DNA from: the human T2T-CHM13v2.0 reference genome, Homo sapiens
Length of the DNA stretch: 64,000 bases
NCBI RefSeq assembly: GCF_009914755.1
Contig: NC_060930.1
Direction: 5' to 3' (one strand)
The position numbers and the translations under genes were made by a program. The notes under the pieces are model-generated. The model was not told the DNA's origin. It did no database searches and saw only the letters and a program-made list of their open reading frames with translations. Below are positions 30,373-45,851 of this stretch, one piece after another. Position 1 is the first letter of the stretch, and the number at the start of each line of letters is the position of its first letter.

Positions 30373-30694
30373 GGGCTGGGCACAGTGGCTTCTGCTTGTA
30401 ATCCTAGCATTTTGGGAGGCTGAGGTGGGAGAATCACTTGAGCCCAGGAGTTTAAGAACAGCCCTGGCAACGGGGCAAGACCCTGTCTCTACAAACAAAC
30501 AAACAAACAAACAAAAAATTTAATTAGATGGGTATGGTGGTGCACACCTGTGGTCCCAGCTATTCTAGAGGCTGAGGCGGGAGAATGGCTTGAGCCCAGG
30601 AGATTGAGGCTGCAATGAGCTGTGTTTGCACCATTGCCCTCCAGCTTGGGCAACAGAGTGAGACCCTGTCTCAAGACAAAAACGAAAACAAAAA
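30373..30694 (+). mobile_element. AluJ-type
   Basis: Dimer with J-type diagnostics (cttgagcccaggag); TSD aaaacctgctcta on both sides. Confidence 0.93.
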
Positions 30695-31384
30695 CCTGCT
30701 CTAAGACATATTCCGCTTCCATAATAAATGACATAAATTATGTATAGGACAAATGGTGTTTATTTGTACCATTTTCTTTTGCAATAACCATTATCAGAAT
30801 ACTTTCTTCCTTTGCATTAAACAAAATACTAGAATGCTTTTTTCTCTCTCCATCTCTCTCACCACCCATCCCCTCTCTTTAACATACATACATACAGACA
30901 CATTAGCGAATATCAGCTTTCTCATTCGCACATTTTCTGAGAAGGGGTCCATAGCTCACTATAATCTCTAGAGTCAACCATGGCTCTTTATTTTTCTTTT
31001 CACCCACATCAAATTCTTCAGCAAAATGCTTGGGCTTTCCCTTCAAAACAATCCCAATGCTCCACTGCTGTCACAGTAACGCACCCTCATCTCTTGCCTG
31101 AAGTTTGTCAGTTGCCTCTAAACTGTTTTTCCCTGTTACTGTGTCTACCCGTCCCAGCTACAGCCTGTTATAAAAAGGTGGCCATACTGTTCCTTCCAAA
31201 ATCGCCCAATGCCTCCCGCTGTCACTCAGAGTGAGTGAGGTTCCCCTAGTGGCCCCTAAGGACTGCTGTGATCATGGTCTGTGCCTCTGCACCTCTCCAG
31301 CCTCATCTCCTACCACCTTGCCTCCCTGGCTCACCCACTGCAGCCACACTACTGCCTCGCGCCTACTTACCGTCACTCTCCATC

Positions 31385-31833
31385 CGCCAAATATGGCCAT
31401 GTCCGAATTCCCAGAAGCTGCAGATTACTTTATGTGACAAACGGACTTGCAAATGTGATTCAACTAAGAATTTTAAAATGAGGAGATTATCCCGGATTAT
31501 CCTTGTGGGTCCAATCTAATCGCAAAGTTCCTTACAAGAGAAATGCAAGGAGAGTCGGAAGAAGGCAATGGGATGATGGAAACAGGGCGAGAAGAGGTGA
31601 TGTGATGTGGGCCATGCGCGAGGAATGAGATCTGCTTCTAGAAGATGGAAAAGAGAAAGAAACAAATTCTCCCCAGAGCCTCCAGAAGGAAAACAGCTCT
31701 GCTGACACCTTGAGTTTAGCCCCATAAGACTCATTTCAGACTTCTGACCCCCAGAACTGTAAGAGAATATTTGTATTCTTTTAATCCACTAAGTTTTAGG
31801 TAATTTGTTAGAGCAGAAATAAGAAATTAATAC
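31385..31833 (+). mobile_element. MLT1D-type LTR inside an L2 remnant (~30960-32280)
   Basis: gagattatcccggattatcc...cccagagcctccagaaggaa...cagacttctgacc...aattaataca. Confidence 0.8.
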
Positions 31834-31943
31834 ACCCATATCCTGTTTTATAGCATTTTCACCATTAGCCCTATTTTATATTTATTTGTTTATTTGTTTA
31901 TCAGTTGTCTCTCCCACTACAATGCAAAGTGCCTGGGAGACAT

Positions 31944-32190
31944 GGCTGGGCGCGGTGGCTCATGCCTGTAATCCCAGAACTTTGGGAGGCCGAGGTGGGT
32001 GGATCACTGAAGTCAAGAAATCGAGACCATCCTGAACAACATAGTGAAAACCCGTCTCTACTAAAAATACAAAAATTACCTGGGCATGGTGGCGCATGCC
32101 TGTAATCTAAGCTACTCGGGAGGCAGAGGTTGCAGTGAGCTGCCCTCCAGCCTGGGTGGCAGAGTGAAACTCCGTCCCAAAAAAAAAAAA
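31944..32190 (+). mobile_element. Alu with internal deletions in the right arm
   Basis: TSD aaagtgcctgggagac / aaagtgcatgggagac; right arm collapsed at GGGAGGC. Confidence 0.9.
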
Positions 32191-33149
32191 GTGCATGGGA
32201 GACGAGACTTTTTTTTTCTTCATTGGTGTAAACCCAGCACCTGACATAAGATCTGTTGAATGAATAAATGAATGACATATGTTACTTAATTAAATAATTG
32301 GTCAACACTCTGAAATGATTAAGCCTCAATAAAATGTTGGTTAAACATATACTTACAAACCTGCATGACATTCTCACCAACATGTCTAGAACAGGTGAAA
32401 ACATACACAAATGAATACAAGTATCAATGCAGCCCAGTGGTCCACACTAAAACAGCCCAGGAGAAGAACATCCAGAACTGAAAAGCCGTAAGCCCTACTA
32501 GGAAGACAGTGAGCCACAGAGCTCCCTCCAGTGTGGGGGACCAACATCCCTTCCACAGAGCAGGGAAGAGGAAAAGGCCTGAGAGGTCACACTCACACCC
32601 TACAGTTTCACTCAAGCAGAGAAGGCCCTGTTTTACTCGATTTTATATATTCTACTTCCATTCAACATTGGGTAAGGAACTTCAGTGAAGATAGGGCCGA
32701 GTGTGGAGCTAGGAAGCAGGGATTATAACTGCCGCTCTTTTTATTACTGAATATCCTTAAAAAGGAGTTTATGCATAGAAGCTGAGGTCAGTGGGACACT
32801 CTATGGCCTTTCAGTTCACACAATTATGCTAAAAAGAATGTAAACTTAAAGAGTTAAATCTAATATTTGCTTTAGGAAATTTTAAGTAATTTAGGAATTA
32901 CATGTTATAGTCAATCAATTTTCCCTGTTGCTGGTACTGCCAGGAAGTACCAACACTTCTTTTTCCTACTACTTCTGTTTTTGCTCAATACCAGCCATAG
33001 GCTAATTTCTAGTGAGATAAACACTTAGCCAAATTTAGAAATAATGTCAGATGGGTCCATGATGATGATCATGGTGATGACCCACTTTGCCTGTCACAGG
33101 TTGCATGGATGCTTCTGCCATGAGAAAAAAAAAATACATCTAGTCCTCA

Positions 33150-33569
<420 letters not shown>

Positions 33570-34784
33570 TCAGTACACATCTCAGCACTCCTTCTCTGAA
33601 CACCCACACACTCCACCCACTCCTCTGTTTCATCTCTTACTATATTGTATTAGAATACATTGAGTGCAAGTCTGTCTCTGTCACCATATTATTCATTACT
33701 TAAGAGCAAGGGCCTTGTCTTGCACAGCCCTTTCCCCCCAAATGCTCAGCAGAGTACAAGGCAATGTGTGTCTGGTATGTATGTGTGAACCAAGCACTAT
33801 ACTAGATTATTTTTAAAAGGACCTTGTAGTAGAATAAGTGATCCATGATTTACACACAAAACAATTAGAGAAAAGAACAAATTACAAGACAACAAAGGGC
33901 AAAATTAGTAAAGTGTGTTTCATCAGAAATGTTACTGGGAACTGGGGAAGAGAGAAATGAGTATGAACTATGGTTTCTGTAGGTTTATAATCATTTTTAT
34001 TGGCAGGAAAGAGCAGCATTTACAAATATATTTATATAATAAATGTGAAAACATTTCTAAAAATCACATAAATATGAATATTGTGGGGGAGATGTTGGGG
34101 AAAAAGGGCCTGCCATCTTGATTAATAAAGATGATTTGTTTAGGTCTGAAACACTTTACATTTTGATAATATTTATAACCATAACTTTATTACTTTATCA
34201 TCTAATACAAAGATCACCAAGGTTCTGTTTAGATATCGTAAGCATTAAACATTAACACTGGTAGTGTCTTACTACTACTGAAATCATTTGACTTCATCAA
34301 ATTTTTAGTTATATTGGTGCCAAAGGGGCAAGCTAGTGACAGAGATAGCCTTTATTGACCACCTATCTGACAAATCTGTGACCTTAGAAGCACAAGAAGG
34401 TCTTTCTTTCACAAGCTTTGGTTTCACTTTTAAACATGTTGACAAAGGAAATTTAACCAGACAGAAAAATGTACTTAATGTCAGCCACAATGGCAAGGAT
34501 TTGGGCAGCAGTTATGGCTCACTTATGTGAACCGTTTTGAAAAATACTTTGCCCATGGTATGTAAAAGTCAGTGATTAAATACGTGCTTTAAATGCACCT
34601 TCCAATTCCTCTAATTTTGTGAAGAGCTGAGTACACTCTAATGACTGATTTAGTCCCTCCGACTCCTGAATATGTATTGAGATCCAAGGACCATGGCATT
34701 ATGAATCTTTCCCTGGTCATTCAGAGCAAAATAAAACACCAGCCATAATATCTGCATGAACAGGGTATGCCTGTCAGAGGCAGA

Positions 34785-34793
34785 CCTTACCTT
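34785..34793 (-). other. CLIC5: 5' splice donor of CLIC5 exon 1B (AAG|GTAAGG)
   Basis: Near-consensus donor exactly where the CLIC5B protein continues into shared exon 2 (AGIDG...). Confidence 0.95.
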
Positions 34794-35330
34794 CACAAAG
34801 AGGTAAATCTCAGGGTTCATGTGAGCTCCCTCCTTTTCTTCCAAACCTTCAGCATCAGAATAGCAGGAATACTTGGTGGTAGAGAAGGCCTTACTGTGCT
34901 GAATGGTGAAGCTTGAAGGAGAAGGCAGATCTTCCTTCATCACACTCCCATTCTCCTGGAGTTCTGCTGCGCAGAGTTGCTGGTCCTGGGTTGATGAATA
35001 TAACCCTTCCATTGAGATGCCCCTGTCCTCCTGGGGCTCACCTGGATGAGCCTCCTGGAGTTCAGAGTATATCTCATCAGGCAGGAGGTAGCCTCTGTCT
35101 TCTGACTGGACAGAGGCCAAGCTGGTCTCTTCACCCTTAATGGTATAGACTGACACAAAATCATACTCATGGGTATTCAGCTGAGTGGCATATAAATCAT
35201 TTTCTGGCCTTAAGTACTCATGGACATCATCATAATGGGGACTTTCATTTTCTTCTGGCTGGTCTGGAACCTCATACGTCCTCTCATTTTGGATTGTGTC
35301 ATAGATGGTGCTGTAGTCTTCGTCATTCAT
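34791..35330 (-). CDS. CLIC5: CLIC5 long isoform (CLIC5B, p64-like) first coding exon; 180 aa MNDEDYSTIYDTIQ...MNPEIYLFVK; remaining exons lie outside the window to the left
   Basis: Translation matches the recalled human CLIC5B N-terminus and ends in the CLIC beta-1 motif (PEIYLFVK). ATG at 35330 has A at -3. AAG|GTAAGG donor at 34790 gives exactly 540 nt, phase 0. The ORF-track start at 35411 is a GTG, and 34650-34790 is intron read-through. Confidence 0.97.
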
Positions 35331-35375
35331 GCTTATTGATCCGAGAGATCTGTTTACAGGGAGACCTGAGTAGAT

Positions 35376-35400
35376 CTGAAATGAATGAAGGGACAGAGGA
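35376..35400 (-). other. CLIC5: Candidate 3' splice acceptor 45 nt upstream of the exon 1B ATG
   Basis: Minus strand reads tcctctgtcccttcattcatttcAG|ATCTAC: long pyrimidine tract plus CAG. Confidence 0.7.
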
Positions 35401-35497
35401 TGCTGCACCACCTTGCAGAGGAATCAACGAGCTCTTAAAAGGCAGCAACTAGCAACTGCTATCAATGACAGGTCTCTAACAATTATTTACTGGAGAG

Positions 35498-35607
35498 TTT
35501 TATAAGCAAACCACAAGTCCATTGGACAGAAGATAAAGCTTACACACTCAGTTAACTCCTTCACTCCTAAAGATATTTTTATTAGACCCTGGGGATTTCC
35601 TCATTGG
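35498..35607 (-). promoter_or_regulatory. Candidate proximal promoter of CLIC5 exon 1B
   Basis: TATAAAA (35504-35498, minus), RUNX AACCACA (35509-35515), CCAAT (35525-35521 and 35607-35603), AGATAA (35531-35536), kB site GGGGATTTCC (35591-35600). No upstream ATG between the expected TSS (~35470) and the start codon. Confidence 0.6.
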
Positions 35608-37469
35608 CAGTAACTCCAAGATTCTTTGGGTAAGCCAGAGATTGAATTGAATTATCTTCCTGGTATACACTGAAATTTTGAATATGTAGCCATTTTTCAT
35701 CAATAGAGCTCCCTCCTCCAACTGCCTCCAAATGTTGACAACATTCAAGAACCCCTGCAATTCAGTGGAGAGCTACAATTCTTCACAATGGCCTCTCATC
35801 TATTTACTGCTGAATTTATCACATAGAACAATTATTTGCCTATTGATACCCTGTGATAAATGAATTACATGCCCTGGTTAGGTAATGAATTCCATTTACA
35901 TTTCTTATCTGGAAACACCACTAGGTGATTAAACAGCAGAAGGAAAAGAAGATAAATGCTCTGGCCTATAGACACATCAGTATAGACCACCCAAATTAGG
36001 GACTCAAAGACTTATGGCTTTAATTTTTATTTTTCCCCCTTAAATCTGCATGATCATCACCATCAACAAACATTCACTAAAATCCTATCATATACAGAAT
36101 GCTGAATTGAGCACAACAAAAGCGTTAGAAGACACATTCTCTGTCTTCAAAGGGGCTTTTAAATGTAGCTGGAGGGCCCAGAAGAGAAAAATAAAACCGA
36201 GGAAAAACTATTTAAAGTTTTCTTAGTGCAATAAGCCCAGGTCTGGATAAGCAATAAAAAATTGTATGCACAAGGCTGTTCAGTCAATGCCATCCACAGA
36301 TGCTGTGAATATGTGTGCCCCCCAAATTCTTTTTAATCTGGTACTCTATCCTGCTAATTCCTGCTTCCCTTTGCCACACCACATACATCTTTCTCCTTGA
36401 AGTGACAACCCAGCTAGGTTGTAAAGGGACTTTAATGTCTAGAAATCATGTGAAAACTGTGAAGCAATGCAACTCCTGTTGACAAGCTTCAGAACATTTG
36501 ATGGGCATCTTGGCAAAACTTCGTTGTACTCTTAGACTTCAATATTGTATCCAGGAATCTTCTACTGGGAATTAGAGCAGCATTTCTAGAATTCTAGCTT
36601 AAAGAATGGGTAAGGAAAAAGAGGTCAGAGACTTCAAAGGCTATTGACACTGGACATTTATCTTATTGAAAAGTGACATTCAATGGGTCCAAATACCTTA
36701 CACATTTTGATAGGTTCTATAATCAGGTGTTTTTAATTGAATGGATTCCAGTTCAAATCTTCCTCCTAGTTTTACAGCTGGTGAAAACCTAAGAGATCAT
36801 TCAAACATTTTATTTTACATTTGAAAAAAATTTAAACCTAGAAAGTGGAAGTGAATGGTCCAAGTTTACACAAAAACTTAATGGCGGAGCTGACTTTAGC
36901 TGTGGTTTTTGAACCTCCAGCTCAGTAATATTTCTGCTACTAAATCTCTTCCTTAACTCAGTATTTTCCAATCTTTTTTTCATGATCACACACTGTCCCT
37001 TCCCTGCTCCCAAAGGAGCCTTTTCAGATATTTCTCTATGAAATAAAAATGCTGCAGATATACTACATATCTGTTTGCATATTGTATATACATATGCATT
37101 TTGTACATTAAAAGAGTAACTTTTTTTTCTTTTTGCTTCCCAAGAACCAATTTTCACCCCTTGGGGGGTGACACTACTCCTTTCCACAATGCAACTCATG
37201 CTTTTACTACTAATGCAGTGTGTAGCTCATAATCTAACACTGGATTCTGTTTCATTCTGCATTATTACAAAGAATAGTATACAGCATGTGCATATGGATA
37301 CAGCATGTTGTCAAGTCCTCACCACAATGACCCAGTGAGGCAGGGCTGAGGTTGGCTAAGCTTAGGGCCCAAGATCAAACAGATATTTCAAATTAGGTCC
37401 CTCTCTTATCCCATTTTAGAACACATCTATCATGATCTACAGTTACAGGTTGTAATATGAAACAAGTCC

Positions 37470-38110
37470 TTCCGTTAAAATGTAAGTCAGGTCATATTGC
37501 TCTGTGCTCAAACCCCTACAATGGCTCCCCATTTATCTTAGTGAAAGCCAAAGTCCTTACAACGGCCCACATGGCCCTGCATAATCCACAACCACTCTCC
37601 TATACCTGTTTTTTCACCCCTTGCCGACCCAGCTCCAGACAATTGAGCCTTGTTTCTATACCTGGAACACTCCTGGATATTCCCATATTAGACCTTTTAC
37701 ATTGGCTATTCTCTCTAAGAGAACACACATTCCCTGGATATTTGCATAGTCAATTCCCCCAACTCCTATAAATTTTTGCTTTAATGTCCCCTTCTCAATG
37801 AGACTACACTGACTGTCCTGTTTAAAATGACAACCCATCCCAAATCCTATCTTAATCCCTGTTCCATTACTAAAAACCCTTACCCTACTTTCCCCCCCTT
37901 TTCCATAATATTTATCACCCTCTAATAAGATATATACATAACTTATTTTTTATGTCTAGAGGTTTTATTTTCTGTCTTATCCTACTAGAATGTAAACCCT
38001 ATATGGCGGCGAATCTCTGTCTACTTTTTCATCATTATCTCAAGTACCTAGAACAGTGTCTGGTACATATTATATATATGTTGAATGAATACGTATTTGT
38101 TGAATGAATT
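37470..38110 (+). mobile_element. L2a 3' portion
   Basis: ...ctagaatgtaaaccctat...gtacctagaacagtgtctggtacata...tgttgaatgaat. Confidence 0.75.
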
Positions 38111-38309
38111 TTTAAGATTGCTGACATATTTATCCTTCATTGGGTACTTACGTTTCACGAGAACAAGGCCCATGCCTATTTTTTCACGTTGCTATATAGC
38201 TAAAGTCTAGCAGATATCTGATATGTAATAGCTGCCTATTAAATATTTGTTGGATAAATAAATTAAAGGAAGAAGATGTATCTAGCATTCATGTCCTTTT
38301 ACTCCTGGC

Positions 38310-41482
<3,173 letters not shown>

Positions 41483-43243
41483 TCGTGAATGTCTTAAGTG
41501 ATAGATAAGTGGACAATTAGAGTGGAAGAGGGAAGTTAAGTTGTGAAGTATGATGCAGAGTTGAGAATTCTTAATGATGGAGAGTAATCCTGATTGGATG
41601 GAGTGTGTGGATTGTGGGAAAAGTAGAGAAGAGGACAGTACTGGGCTAGACTGTGGATGGCCTTGAATGCTAAGATCAGAAATCTGAATTTTATGCTCAT
41701 AGGATGATACTGAAAATGAGCAGCCACATAACACAGATAGCAGTTCAATCCACAACCATTTAAATTCCAGCTGGATTCCAGACAAAGACAGATGCTCACA
41801 GAAAACCATTTCTAGTAGCTGGTATTGCTTATTGGAGCAACTTGGTCCACTGGCACATCGTAGCATGATATCCCCCATTTTGATATGGGCACAGGGAGGG
41901 AACTGTGTGTAAGCCACCTGATAATGTCAGATGGTTTGGCAGAGTCATTTCAGTCACTGTGCACATGCCACTCTCCCATCTACCTCTCCTGGCATTCTCT
42001 CTTCCTTAGAGTTCCATCAAATGCCATTCACAGCCAGTCATTGAGTGGCCTTGGTTTTCATAACCCTCATCTCACAACCTTCTGAATTTTATTCTTCACA
42101 ATGCTGTCTCTGCCATCCTAGCTCACCATACACATCTCTTCATAAATGCTTACTTGCATATGATCCCCAAATTTCACCATACTTTCTTGCTTCTCAAATT
42201 GAACATGGTCATCCATATTTTGCCTCATGATTACATTGGTTGGCCCACCTCAGTGCTGTCTATTTTAGATTATACAATCTGGAAGAGGTCCTAGAGGAGC
42301 TTGGGTAAAATTCATCTATGTTGTTTTATTACTTAGAGGAGATGAGGAAGGAAAACACAAAAGGGGACATTAAATATTGCAAAACTGAGACAGATGGAAT
42401 CTTCTTCACTGAAACCATCTTGTTTGATAGGTTTATTTAAATAAACTTAATAAAGAAATTGAGCACCCAAACACCACCATTACACCAAAACAATATGATA
42501 GGATGAACTAAATACCCTCAAGCTTTGAGGCAGGGCTTCCCCTGCTTCATCCTCTCCCTGCCCCTACTGCTCTGCCCTGGCACTGTCATCTTACTTAGGT
42601 TGGGACCCAACCCCAGCACCTGACTCTCAGAAATGACCTTCACCTGGCCCAAGTCCTTCCTTATTCACGGTGGGTCTAGTTTCTTCCCTTCTCATCCCCT
42701 CTCTGCGGACTCCATCATGACCAAATCCTCCTTGTCTGACCACTTTAGTAGCTCTCTAACACTTCTCTAGAACCTCCAGTATAGAAGAGAAACATCTCAA
42801 AGCAGATGAACCTGCTGATACCTGATATCCAAATACTGAGGAGCCCAGATAGCCAACTTCAAAGAGGGAAAGAGAGAGTGGGCATCCTCTGAGTCAGGGT
42901 GTTGCAGATAAAGACAATGCTACATTTTGATGAGTTTCGAAGGAACTGGTGTTAATGCTAAGTGTACTAAATAACTAATGAAGAATAAACGAGCTGCATA
43001 TTTGTCATCACTATCATTCTGCCTAAAGGAAATGTGCTTTCTGCTATGGCCAATTTGAGTCCATTGAGCTTTCTCACCCCAGGTTCTTTTTAATTATGTT
43101 TCTCTACCTTTGACAGTTTTATTTTGTGATTTGAAGGGTTTTGGGATTTTATCATTTAGGGATTTTCTTCTCCAAAGACATCTGGGAAGTTTGGTCTTAT
43201 ATTATAAAACCAAAGCAAACTCTATCAGCGTACTCTCTCGCTC

Positions 43244-43248
<5 letters not shown>

Positions 43249-43282
<34 letters not shown>
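43249..43282. repeat. (TG)n microsatellite
   Basis: Direct reading. Confidence 0.95.
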
Positions 43283-43284
<2 letters not shown>

Positions 43285-44344
43285 CACTGTATAATATATA
43301 CTTCTCAATATAGTATATATTATAAAAATTGTTACTCTGAACCATCCAGGAAAGATAAAGAAAGTACTTAAGGCTTTGGAAATACCACTTGACTCCTATA
43401 ATTTCACTGGTATGGGGACACATGCCCCAAATTATCTGTCCCTTCATACTTCAGTTTTATAGTACTCCACAAGAAACACACATTTAGCTTGAAATATATA
43501 CACAGCTGTCATTTTGAATTTCTTGGATTCCTGTGTAGTGTCAAAGATGTATGTATTTTATATCAAGAAGATTTCTTTCTGATTATGAAGATAGTTTATG
43601 TTTACTATAGAAAAAGATAAGAAAAATAATCTGCATTTCCACTACCCAAAGATAATTATGTTAACATTCTCTAACTCCTTTTCTACCCATAAGTATCTAT
43701 ATTTTTAAAATTGAAATCATGTACATTTTTATTCTTTTTTAAAAAGAAAGAAGACATTATATAATGTGTATACATTAAATTTAAGCATTTATACAAGACC
43801 AGCAAATATTTTCAAATGGTAAATACTCAAATACTAGCTAATCTCATTTGTTGATTTAGAAGATTCAAAGATATCTTTCTTTATTTTTGAGCCAAATGAC
43901 TTTTTAAAAGGCAGAGGATTTTGCTTGAACAAGTGATCGTCCCAACAAATCAGGTAATAAATAAGAACATCTTCTCTCATTCTTGTCCCTATGCACTTCC
44001 CAGGCTGTGATATGGTGACTTTACAAAGCACAAAGGGTAATTAATGCTTGCAGCAGGGAAGGGCTCACTTAATGTTTTGCATGGTGCCTTAAGATTTTGT
44101 CTAATTTTCCTTTAAATTTACCTATTAATAGATACTGTACTCAATTGATCTATGCATATTTAAATTCTATTTTGGTGTTGGTTTACATTTGGGTAAGGAG
44201 TGGGTAGAAGTAGGGGACAAAGAAGGCAAATTACAGAATTGTGGCACTAGAAAAAGCAACCATCAAGGTTTTAGTGAAGTATTTATTGTTTAACAGAAGT
44301 CATGAAGATGAAGGGAGAATGAACTGCATATTGTTTTAGCAAAA

Positions 44345-44750
44345 TGCAACATGGAGTAAGAAAAACTTTGGTGCCAAACAGATCTCAGTGTAAATGCTGC
44401 CTCTACTGCTTGCTTATGCAGGTGACCTTGGGCACAATCATCTAAATTTTCCCAGTCTTCATTTTCTTATTTGTAAAAATGAAGGTAACATGCTTCAGGA
44501 GGTTAAGGAACATTCTAGAACCCTATGCAATAATGTTTGTGGCCAGACGATTTCAGGAGGGTCCATGAACTCTCAGAAATGTTAACTATCACTGTGATTC
44601 ATTCCACTTTCCCTGCCTGGATACTCACACCTCGCATGCCCATGTGGGAGGGGTAGAATTTGCTATCGGGTGACACAAATCCTTTTCTTTATTGTGGGTA
44701 GAAAGATTAAATGACATACAATATGTAAAATCTTGAAGCCTGGCAGATTA
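44345..44750 (+). mobile_element. MIR interrupted by the inverted copy at 44487-44688
   Basis: gtgaccttgggcacaatca...cattttcttatttgtaaaaatg, resuming as gattaaatgacatacaatatgtaaaa...gcctggca. Confidence 0.75.
44487..44688 (-). repeat. Right arm of the ~200-bp inverted duplication (partner 27823-28023)
   Basis: Reverse complement ~91% identical. The ORF track shows the same peptide (EHSRTLC) on opposite strands. Confidence 0.95.
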
Positions 44751-45379
44751 CACAGGTGTGTTCAGTGACTGTTTCCTCCCCTTCTCCCACAACTAAGCCA
44801 CATCAACTTTCTTATGAGTTCACAATGAAGATTCTGGAGGGGAAAAAATAATGTACGGGTAACATGAGTAATTTCAACATGTGAGCATATTAATGGAACT
44901 TAGTTCTGCTTTGTATTCCATTTATTATTATACATTTTGGGACATATTTTCTTTTAACGACGCTGATAGTTACTCTAAATCTTGATGATTACATTTTGCA
45001 GTAATTGCCACCTTCAAAAGACATTAACAGACAGTATTTTTCGTGATTTGCACAGGAATGCAGTAAGCCAGGCTGCTTTCTGCTGTTTGTAATAAGATTA
45101 GGGTGCATGTCCCCCAACAGCTGACACTAAACTTCTAGCACTAAAATTTGCTTCCATTACTTAAAAACGACAACAAAAAACGAAATATATGCTCTATAAA
45201 AAAGTAGGTCTGTAGAGTTAGAAAAATACCAGATGTCTATAATTGAAGCTGATGGCAGATAATACAATAAAAATGAACACGTTTTATATCAAAGGTAAAA
45301 ACTTGAAATATCCAAGAAGGGATCAGGTGTGAAATCACCTTCAGGATTTGAAAACTCTGAATGTTTTTCTGCATGTATA

Positions 45380-45398
45380 ATCCACCAGGTGGCACTGT
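45380..45398 (+). promoter_or_regulatory. Candidate CTCF site
   Basis: tCCACCAGGTGGCACTg closely matches the CTCF core and lies in apparently unique sequence. Confidence 0.6.
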
Positions 45399-45851
45399 TG
45401 CCTGCTTTCGGCTCCGACCCCAACGCCTCCTCCAGAGCTGAGTTTGTTTAGGTCTAGGTCAGAGCTAGTTCATAGATTCGTCAACTTGATGGGTTTTTTT
45501 TTTTTTTCCACTTCCCAATTATTTTGCTTTGAAGATAAAATGCCTCAAATTCTAAACTTATGTTAAAAATATTTGATCTATGTGTCACTTTAGTTTGGAG
45601 CTCAATTCGCCTTTTACTTATTTTTTACAGTTCATTTAACAACCCACATTTAATTTTTAAAAAATGTTTAGATTGACAAGTAAAAATTGTATATACTTAT
45701 GATGCACAACACGATGCCTTAATATGTGTATACATTGTGGAATAGTCAAATCAAGCCACTTAACATACGTATTAACTCACATACTTATTTTTTGCCTGTG
45801 CAATGAGAACACTTAAAATCTATTCTTTTAGAAATTTTCAAATATACAATG

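Noticed and set aside
34650-35411. 253-aa ORF as a novel single-exon gene
   Set aside because: It is CLIC5 exon 1B plus 5' UTR (GTG start) and intron read-through.
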